From positions 23,414 to 87,413 of IMG/VR virus record IMGVR_UViG_3300042465_003746: DNA of 64,000 nucleotides. One strand, given 5' to 3'. Below the pieces are notes generated by a model, which made no database searches, was not told the DNA's origin, and saw nothing but the letters and a program-made list of their open reading frames with translations. The position numbers and the translations under genes are program-made. Of this stretch, positions 10,090 to 16,659 are shown piece after piece. Each line of letters begins with the position of its first letter. The stretch's first letter is position 1. This DNA is from a virus.

Positions 10090-10288
10090 CTGTAATATCT
10101 TTTAATTTATTCCATATAGATTCTGCATTTTCTCCCCAATACATTTCACATGTAAATACACCGTCTTTTATCTCAAAAGGAGGCTCAAAGAAATAACTTT
10201 GTATAAATTCACTAGCTTTTGCTGTAAATCTATAGCACTTTTCTTTTACTGGGCAGTCCTTGCCCGAACAACATGTTATATCTGCCAT
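10079..10288 (-). CDS. Small Cys-rich protein
   Basis: MADITCCSGKDCPVKEKCYRF...CEMYW. Confidence 0.7.
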   Translation of the reverse strand: MADITCCSGKDCPVKEKCYRFTAKASEFIQSYFFEPPFEIKDGVFTCEMYWGENAESIWNKLKDITDDK

Positions 10289-10308
10289 ATTATTTTTTTA
10301 TTTAAGTT

Positions 10309-10422
10309 TTATAAACATATAAAGGCAAACACTGTTATACCTATACAAGATGCTATACATCCTATAAACATTCCTATAAATAATCCATTATAGAAAGCAT
10401 TCTTAAGTTTTACTTCTTCCAT
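10309..10422 (-). CDS. Small membrane protein
   Basis: Probable start MEEVKLKNAFYNGLFIGMFIGC...; single TM; start approximate. Confidence 0.5.
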   Translation of the reverse strand: MEEVKLKNAFYNGLFIGMFIGCIASCIGITVFAFICL

Positions 10423-10468
10423 ATTTTCATTATAAATTAATGATATTAATAATAAATATAGATTATCC

Positions 10469-10969
10469 TTAACCATTAAGGATAATCTTTTTAAGTAATT
10501 CCACATATCTTTTATCTTCTGCATAATTCTTAGTTAAATAATTAAAATATTGTTCTTTAGTTTTTAATTTAGAAAGATAAGTAGATTGGTACAATGCATA
10601 ATCTATTACAGATTGTTTCCAGGATTTATATCTAGCATGTCCTAAATACTCTCCTATTGCTGTTGTAGCTCTTCTTCTAGCTTTCTTCATTCCAAATAGA
10701 TTATTACCTATTGTAAAAGATTTTGATTTAAAGTGTCCAGTTTCTAAAACTGCTTGAGCAAATACTATTTCATAGTGTTTAATATTTAACTCTTGTAAAA
10801 ATGCTAATAATTTAGCTTCACTAAATCGTTCTTCAATAGTAGGTAAGATAATAGTATTAGTCTTAGTTTCTACTATTTTTACAGGGTCTCTACTTATCGT
10901 AGCTGCCATAATAACTGTTGCAAATGCAATACCTCCAAATGCTATTAACAATCTCCTAAAAGGTTCCAT
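10469..10969 (-). CDS. Membrane-anchored GH73/glucosaminidase-like hydrolase
   Basis: N-terminal TM; AQAVLETG catalytic Glu, NNLFGMK, YKSWKQSVIDY, NYAEDKRY. Confidence 0.8.
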   Translation of the reverse strand: MEPFRRLLIAFGGIAFATVIMAATISRDPVKIVETKTNTIILPTIEERFSEAKLLAFLQELNIKHYEIVFAQAVLETGHFKSKSFTIGNNLFGMKKARRRATTAIGEYLGHARYKSWKQSVIDYALYQSTYLSKLKTKEQYFNYLTKNYAEDKRYVELLKKIILNG

Positions 10970-10999
10970 AATGTATAATTTTAGTTAATAAAAAAGATA

Positions 11000-11089
11000 G
11001 TGGGATACTCCTCTCCCACCGTGAGCTTACCTATCTTCTAACCATAAACGAATGAATGAAATACTCCTCTTTCACAACGAGCTTACCTA
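11000..11089 (-). ncRNA. Tandem pair of covarying hairpin motifs (candidate cis-regulatory RNA)
   Basis: TAGGTAAGCTC-N3-GTGGGA-GAGGAGTA-TCCCAC and TAGGTAAGCTC-N3-GTGAAA-GAGGAGTA-TTTCAT. Confidence 0.6.
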
Positions 11090-11123
11090 ATGACGTATTT
11101 AAAAAATAACTAAAAGTTATTCG

Positions 11124-11240
11124 TGGTTAGGGTGCGACTCGAACGCACGACCTATTGGCAAGACTAAATGTATATCCTCAGGCAATTACCCCTTACTTTT
11201 TACCGCTTACCAATCGAGCCACCAACTGCTCTACCTAACC
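11124..11240 (-). tRNA. tRNA-like RNA with the anticodon loop replaced by a 43 nt insertion (no assignable anticodon)
   Basis: Acceptor GGTTAGG/CCTAACC+A, D arm GAGC-AGTTGGTG-GCTC, variable AGGTC, T arm GTGCG-TTCGAGT-CGCAC, anticodon stem extended to 9 bp. Confidence 0.75.
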
Positions 11241-11315
11241 AAACACTAGTCTTTCCTAGTAGTCAACATGGATATTTTGTGTACAATTCAGGACTCTCAT
11301 GCTCTTCCTTAGTTG

Positions 11316-11420
11316 TAGTCGGACAGGATTCGAACCTGCACAGTAGTTCTCCGAGGTTGTATTTATAATCAGAACTACTTTAATTATCACCCTAAGCGTC
11401 TACCATTCCGCCACCTGACT
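11316..11420 (-). tRNA. tRNA-like RNA (class II, Leu-type D arm) with degenerate anticodon arm and enlarged variable arm
   Basis: AGTCAGG-TG-GCGGAATGGTAGACGC, T arm GCAGG-TTCGAAT-CCTGT, 3' CCGACT-A; 9 bp AGTAGTTCT/AGAACTACT stem. Confidence 0.7.
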
Positions 11421-11426
11421 AAAAAA

Positions 11427-11516
11427 ACACACTCTTAAGCATTCTACTCCCAGCTACGAGGAATTGTATCTTACTTAGCCCATCTCACCGCTGTGTGGGT
11501 ACTTAAGTTTATGTGT
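11427..11516 (-). ncRNA. Candidate three-way-junction RNA
   Basis: ACACAT/GTGTGT and CTTAAGTA/TGCTTAAG closing stems; inner CCCA/TGGG and TTCC/GGGA hairpins; T tract follows. Confidence 0.45.
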
Positions 11517-11618
11517 CTTGAGGTTAAGAACTCCTCAGTGTTGTAAGAATCTATAGCATATCTTCATTACTTATGTTCGATTTCCTTTCTCAAGGGAACA
11601 ACAACTCTTTTAATAACA

Positions 11619-11791
11619 TACCCTGTCAGCCCAAGCAGCTGAATATTAGACTTAGCATTAAAGGGTTGTCCTAATATCCTTCCATAAACAACTCCACTCT
11701 TGGTTGTGGATTCTAACTTTCTTTAGACTCTTGCTTACGTAGGGCCCTATAGTTTTTCAATATTAGCTATTTGTTTGCTTCAAGCAGGGTA
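11619..11791 (-). ncRNA. Candidate ~173 nt rod-like structured RNA
   Basis: Nested TACCCTG/CAGGGTA, AAGCA/TGCTT, AGCT/AGCT, AATATT/AATATT, AGCA/TGCT, TAAAG/CTTTA with two apical hairpins. Confidence 0.5.
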
Positions 11792-11934
11792 ATATTTTAT
11801 ACTGTGCCAAAACTATACATAAAGTTTACTTTTGGCTGGTTATAAATAGATAAAGTGCCTGATCCATGTACTACTGTGGGCACTTTTAGTTTATTTAGTT
11901 ACACTTCATGGTCATCTACTTACAATGTTTAAAT

Positions 11935-12204
11935 TTAATAAAAAGGATTACTTTGTCCTAATTGTCTAAAATATTTCTCTCTACGAGACATTAAATCATA
12001 ATCATTTTCTTCTATTAAACTATTATAATAGCACATTGTTTCATATTGCTCTATATCTTCTACTAGACATATTACAGGAAAATGTTCAGTTATTAAGTCA
12101 GCCATCTCTTGGTTATCTTTAGGCTTATAATCTAAATGTATAGTGCGTAAATACAGTCCTATGTCTAACATAGTTACTCTAGGTTTTGCTTGAATATCTT
12201 GCAT
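11935..12204 (-). CDS. Hypothetical protein
   Basis: 89 aa ORF with A-rich leader. Confidence 0.7.
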   Translation of the reverse strand: MQDIQAKPRVTMLDIGLYLRTIHLDYKPKDNQEMADLITEHFPVICLVEDIEQYETMCYYNSLIEENDYDLMSRREKYFRQLGQSNPFY

Positions 12205-12255
12205 AATGTATTTATTTAAAGTTCAAAACGTCAAATTTTTTAGTAATTCCTAAAA

Positions 12256-12290
12256 GAAAAAAAAGGGAAATAGCTGTAAAACTATTTCCC
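12256..12290 (-). terminator. Rho-independent terminator
   Basis: GGGAAATAGT...GCTATTTCCC followed by a long T tract, just after the 172 aa gene. Confidence 0.85.
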
Positions 12291-12310
12291 AATTTCTAAT
12301 CTTTAAAAGA

Positions 12311-12829
12311 TTATGCTCCTAAAGCATCTGCAATAGCAGATGAAGCATCTGTATTAAGAGCTAAACGAGTTGTATCTGTTAATAATACATGCTTAGGCTC
12401 TCCAATAACTACTGCAGTATTTACATAAATATACATACCATTGCTCATAATGAAATCACCATCTTTACCTGCTCTTTTAGCACGAGTTTCGAAGTTTGCA
12501 ACATCATAATCACTACCTTTAACGGTTTCTGTAATTTGAAGATTTAATGAACGATCATCACCTGTGATTTTAGGATCAATCATATTGATTTCCAATTCTT
12601 CACCTTCAGCTAAAAAGGTTGTATCAATTCCAAACTGCAATTGTACATCACTTGGTTGTGCAGATAACCAAGAATAACGAGGCTTAGATTGATTAAATCT
12701 TTCATCAGAAGCATTCAAGATACCCAACAAACCTGTTGGAGTTTTTCCTGTTTCTACTATTTGAGAAAAAGTTAATTGAACTTTTCCACCTTTAATTCCT
12801 TTTGCTGATACTAATGTTACTTTTTTCAT
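12311..12829 (-). CDS. Hypothetical protein
   Basis: 172 aa ORF with its own terminator. Confidence 0.8.
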   Translation of the reverse strand: MKKVTLVSAKGIKGGKVQLTFSQIVETGKTPTGLLGILNASDERFNQSKPRYSWLSAQPSDVQLQFGIDTTFLAEGEELEINMIDPKITGDDRSLNLQITETVKGSDYDVANFETRAKRAGKDGDFIMSNGMYIYVNTAVVIGEPKHVLLTDTTRLALNTDASSAIADALGA

Positions 12830-13069
12830 AATAATTTGTTTTAAAATAGTTAAAATATTTACTTATATATCTCCTATAATACAGACTTTTAAAGTCTAAG
12901 AATTAATAGCCTAGGATAAACTATTAGTCTTTTATTAAATAAACCTAATTATTGTGTAATTGCCTTTTTACTGCCTAGCGGCAAACAATTATCTATGTAT
13001 GTAAGCTTGTGTTAAGTAAATAAAATAGCGGTACTCTATCCACAATTTCCCGCTATTTTCCCTTAAACT

Positions 13070-13477
13070 TTATCTTGCAAATGGTCTAAATAAGAACATT
13101 TTTGTGTCATAATCATATAATACAGATAATCCATCTGTACTATTAAAATCGGAAGTTACTGTAAATGCATTTTTAATGCTAGAAACATTTCCTGGTTCAA
13201 TATATATTAGTTTCCATTTATCAGTTATTGGATCAATGAAAGTAACAATATATTGATTGTTTATAGGTAAAGTTATTTCATACTTTGTAGAAGATAACTT
13301 CACCATAGATACTTCTTTTTCTAGCCACCAACCTACAAAGGTTGTGTCTTCATAGATAGCTCTTCTAAGTTCTACTTTTACATTATAAGCATCTTTCATA
13401 TAAGAAGTAAACTTAATGCTTTGTGATTGTACCAATTGACTAACCGTCAATAGTATTACTAAGATAGATAGTCTCAT
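13070..13477 (-). CDS. Secreted/periplasmic protein
   Basis: Signal peptide MRLSILVILLTVSQLVQS followed by Gln; beta-rich mature part. Confidence 0.7.
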   Translation of the reverse strand: MRLSILVILLTVSQLVQSQSIKFTSYMKDAYNVKVELRRAIYEDTTFVGWWLEKEVSMVKLSSTKYEITLPINNQYIVTFIDPITDKWKLIYIEPGNVSSIKNAFTVTSDFNSTDGLSVLYDYDTKMFLFRPFAR

Positions 13478-13505
13478 GATATTTAAATTTAAGGTTTAAT
13501 ATTAT

Positions 13506-13772
13506 TTATTGATATTCTAGTGTATAAGCTATAGCCTTCATAGCAAGCTTAGAGTTAAGAGTTCTAGGAACTCTTTTAATTAATTCTTTAAAGTCTTCAG
13601 TTAAGTTAACTACTGAGTATTTAGACTTATCAGGTTGAGCATCGTAATGCTGTTGATAAGTATAGTCAAGGATAATATCCTCGTTATTTTTAGGTCCATC
13701 AGTAAATATTACTAATGTCATTCCGTCTTCACATTTTACTGTTACTCGGTATAGTGCAATATCTTCCATCAT
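13506..13772 (-). CDS. Hypothetical protein (88 aa)
   Basis: Probable start MMEDIAL at 13772, preceded by a TATATTTA box at 13792-13799. Confidence 0.65.
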   Translation of the reverse strand: MMEDIALYRVTVKCEDGMTLVIFTDGPKNNEDIILDYTYQQHYDAQPDKSKYSVVNLTEDFKELIKRVPRTLNSKLAMKAIAYTLEYQ

Positions 13773-13854
13773 CTTTAGTTTTAATAAAGAATAAATATAC
13801 ATAATAAAGAACTCCTGTAATAATTTACAAGAGTTCTTTTCAGATCTATAAGAT

Positions 13855-14073
13855 CTATCGTGCAATATTGTGATTATAACAATTGTTTCTGTTGAACATT
13901 TTGTTAAACTTAATTGTACGATGTTGTTTTTTACCATGTTTCTTATAATTGAAACCTTTCTTTATCTTAAAGCTATGAGTCTTTGTAGAGCCTTTTTTAC
14001 TTGGCCATCCATCATTTCCTACTACAGTGTAGCTCATAACAAGCATTACTATAACTGCTATTACTCTTTTCAT
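13855..14073 (-). CDS. Small basic protein with signal peptide/TM
   Basis: MKRVIAVIVMLVMSYTVVG then a Lys-rich tail. Confidence 0.65.
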   Translation of the reverse strand: MKRVIAVIVMLVMSYTVVGNDGWPSKKGSTKTHSFKIKKGFNYKKHGKKQHRTIKFNKMFNRNNCYNHNIAR

Positions 14074-14100
14074 ATATTTGTTTTTAAGTTTTAAGTAAAT

Positions 14101-14131
14101 AACCCCACATAAAGCTATAATATGTGGGGTT
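14101..14131. terminator. Intergenic stem-loop (terminator or processing site)
   Basis: AACCCCACATA...TATGTGGGGTT inverted repeat. Confidence 0.55.
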
Positions 14132-14204
14132 TATGATCTATAAGATCGACTATTAGACTACGAAAGGTATAAGATTATCCTTGTGCCTATTTGTATGCGT
14201 AAGC

Positions 14205-14360
14205 TTAATCTTCCTTGGCAATAATAATAGTGCCAATGGCTCCTAAAGAACCTACTAATATCATTGTGCTACCGTGAGTATTACCTCCCAGTGTTAATAT
14301 AGCTCCTATTAATAAGACTATTGTACACAATACTCCTATTAAAAACAATTTATTTGTCAT
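14205..14360 (-). CDS. Small two-TM membrane protein (51 aa)
   Basis: MTNKLFLIGVLCTIVLLIGAILTLGG...ILVGSLGAIGTIIIAKED; ATGA-coupled. Confidence 0.65.
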   Translation of the reverse strand: MTNKLFLIGVLCTIVLLIGAILTLGGNTHGSTMILVGSLGAIGTIIIAKED

Positions 14361-14443
14361 AATTTTTCTATTAAGATGATGGTTAATATTATAATTGCTA
14401 TTGTGTATAAGTAGAACATACCTATACTTGCTGAACGTTTCAT
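14357..14443 (-). CDS. Single-TM microprotein (28 aa)
   Basis: MKRSASIGMFYLYTIAIIILTIILIEKL; leader nearly identical to that of 14678..14863. Confidence 0.55.
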   Translation of the reverse strand: MKRSASIGMFYLYTIAIIILTIILIEKL

Positions 14444-14677
14444 AAGTATATTTTTAAGTTTAAAAATACATAAGCAAACTATTAAAAGCTTATGTGTGCA
14501 TCCTACTGTATTGGTAGTCTTTCCTCTCTTATTACTAAGTTTAAGGCGATGCTTTTCTACTAAGATGATTAGTCTTTTTTAGCTAATAGATAGCGGCAAT
14601 ACACAGAATGTTAAGTGTATGCATTTAGTCAGTTATTATAGAGAATCACTCATACTGACAGAAGTATTTTTAATAGA

Positions 14678-14863
14678 TTACTCTCCTGTATTACTTTCCA
14701 TTGCAGCTACATCAGCATCAATAGACATTTGTAGTTCTTCATTTAAACTACAAAGAGCAACTATTGCTCCTTGGTAAAAGGGATCATAAGGATCAGCTTT
14801 CTGATACATAGATATTCTTGCATCAATCATAGCGACAAGATCTATTTTATGAGTATTCTCCAT
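14678..14863 (-). CDS. Hypothetical protein
   Basis: 61 aa ORF with A-rich leader. Confidence 0.65.
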   Translation of the reverse strand: MENTHKIDLVAMIDARISMYQKADPYDPFYQGAIVALCSLNEELQMSIDADVAAMESNTGE

Positions 14864-14934
14864 AAGTATAGTTTTAAGTTAATTATTAATCCCTCTGCCT
14901 TGTAGCTCTAATTATTTTGTTATATATTTGTATT

Positions 14935-15402
14935 ATGAAACAATTCAGAAATACACAATACTATGTTACTGATAAACAAGAAGTTTATAATGTAACAACA
15001 AAAAGATATGTAAAGCCTTATCTTGCATCTAATGGAAAGAATCCTAACAAGAAATACTTAGCGGTTGGTTTGTATATTGATGGTAAAAGAAAGAATATTC
15101 TTTACCATAGATTAATTGCCGAAGTACATATGCCCAATACTCTTAATTTACCACAGATAAATCACATTGATGGAGATATATATAACAATTCTATTTCTAA
15201 TTTAGAATGGTGTAGTGCTTCTATAAATAACATTCATGCTATTAGAACAGGACTAAGACCTACTAAATTAAATATGGAGAAAGCTAATGAGATTAGATCT
15301 TTATTAGCTAGTGGTCATACTATAAATGAAGTATGTAAAATTTACAATGTTGGTAGAACTATTGTCTCTAAAATAAGAGATAACATTTCTTGGAAAATAT
15401 AA
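14935..15402 (+). CDS. HNH homing endonuclease with C-terminal HTH
   Basis: YHRLIAEVHM, QINHIDGDIYNNSISNLEW; antisense to neighbours; ATG 14935 follows a TATATTTG box (14923-14930). Confidence 0.9.
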   Translation: MKQFRNTQYYVTDKQEVYNVTTKRYVKPYLASNGKNPNKKYLAVGLYIDGKRKNILYHRLIAEVHMPNTLNLPQINHIDGDIYNNSISNLEWCSASINNIHAIRTGLRPTKLNMEKANEIRSLLASGHTINEVCKIYNVGRTIVSKIRDNISWKI

Positions 15403-15505
15403 TGCACCCCAGTTGTAATAGCTCTATTGGCTAAATGAAAGCATAAGTTCATATACAATCAATATTACAACTGCTCACCCTTGGGAAGTGAGTTGTGGTG
15501 CATTA
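15400..15505 (-). ncRNA. Twister-like structured RNA (3' GAGGGA strand displaced to 14890-14898)
   Basis: TAA-TGCA-CC, P4 CTCAC/GTGAG with loop TTCCCAAGG, P5 CAGTTGTAATA/TATTACAACTG, TGCA. Confidence 0.5.
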
Positions 15506-15543
15506 AGTGAATAGTTTGTATACTTATTCAGGTATATTAAATT

Positions 15544-15573
15544 AAGCCATACCCTATTTAAAGGGTATGACTT
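15544..15573. terminator. Intergenic stem-loop
   Basis: AAGCCATACCCT...AGGGTATGACTT inverted repeat. Confidence 0.5.
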
Positions 15574-15760
15574 ATCAATGCTTTAAGCATTCTCGTTACG
15601 TAACCATTCAAGGCTAGTAACTACTCCATTAACTATACACATAACTGAAAATCAATTAGTTAAGTAATAAAATAAGTACGTCACGTGTACTAACGTTGCT
15701 ATATTCACCGAGAGAGTGAAGGTATATTCACCGAAGGACTGCACCGCAAAGCGGTGACCC

Positions 15761-16039
15761 TTAAAGGATCACTGCTTTGAAGTAGTTGCTGTCAGGCTTA
15801 GCCTCGAATGCTACTCTGTCTGAGTAGTCATCACCCATTGGCAATGCAGTTTGTACTGCTTCCAATGTGTGTTCACTCTTCATGAACAGAGATGCATAAG
15901 AACTGCCACAAGCTAAGCCGTTAAGCTCTTTGTCTTTGCGGAAGACAACTAGCACACGCGGTTCGAACTCGCCAGTCATCTTATCGTCAGCCCAAACTGG
16001 GCACTCAACTGTCTTAATTTGGTGGATTGAAATTTTCAT
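15761..16039 (-). CDS. Hypothetical protein, first gene of the leftward arm
   Basis: 92 aa ORF, locally higher GC, followed by a CACCGC-AAA-GCGGTG hairpin. Confidence 0.7.
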   Translation of the reverse strand: MKISIHQIKTVECPVWADDKMTGEFEPRVLVVFRKDKELNGLACGSSYASLFMKSEHTLEAVQTALPMGDDYSDRVAFEAKPDSNYFKAVIL

Positions 16040-16659
16040 AGTCTAAAGTTTAAAGGCGGGATGTGTTCCCCGTCCAAGATTTAGTGGGGGTTGTTGACTG
16101 TGGTGCTAACCACAAGATCGAATTTCTAATAAAAAATAATATAATAAAAAATAAAAAATAATACCATATATTACTTTGCACTAGATTTACTTTGTTTTAC
16201 TTAAAAACTATATTAGTAAGCATCATAAACTAGGAACATAAATAAAGGGATATAAAGGGGGGGTATAATTTAATACTCCATAGGGTATGAAGTTTGTTAA
16301 GAGAATAAAAAATAAAAATATAATTATAATTATAAATAAGGATGTACAATGCACATATCTAGTAGAATAGATATATGCATCTACGTTGTAGATTTATCTA
16401 TACTATACTTTAAAAAGATAATTACTTTCTTATCAACTAGTTACAACTTTTTACTATAGGTCCTCGGTGGCTACTAATATACCTACAGCTATAGTAGTGG
16501 CATACCTCTAGGGGTATGTTCATACTATACCTAGAGCTATAGTAAGCCTCATAACTATAATATTTTACAATGTCAAGCATTTATTAATATTTATTTTACA
16601 TCTACTATTTGTGAATAATATTATGTAATTTAGCGGCAACCAAACAATTCCCTCTCAAT
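16040..16659. other. Divergent control region (candidate origin / genome-end region)
   Basis: Strand switch; GC-rich hairpins, very AT-rich tract, IHF-consensus site, 19 bp direct repeats and a palindrome. Confidence 0.55.
16478..16544. repeat. 19 bp direct repeats TATACCTA(C/G)AGCTATAGTA flanking palindrome CATACC-TCTAGG-GGTATG
   Basis: Copies at 16478-16496 and 16526-16544, one mismatch. Confidence 0.85.

Noticed and set aside
2978-10393. Plus-strand ORFs in the left arm (2978, 4345, 5887, 6776, 7760, 8062, 8743, 10014, 10199)
   Set aside because: Antisense shadows of well-supported minus-strand genes
11160-11212. Canonical intron-containing tRNA
   Set aside because: No U33, too short for a group I intron, no clear bulge-helix-bulge; the implied AGC anticodon lacks the Ala G3-U70 pair
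11245-11315. HDV-like (theta) ribozyme at a tRNA 3' end
   Set aside because: Could not build P1, P1.1 and J4/2 of the nested double pseudoknot
11168-11368. 66 aa plus-strand ORF
   Set aside because: Antisense to two tRNA-like RNAs, no suitable leader; shadow ORF
11122-11400. Pistol ribozyme-like words CGTGGTTAGGG and CCCTAAGCG on the plus strand
   Set aside because: They are about 260 nt apart, P1 does not close, and both are reverse complements of tRNA arms
11179-12965. 10 nt complementarity between the tRNA insert and 12956-12965
   Set aside because: Several such matches are expected by chance in 64 kb
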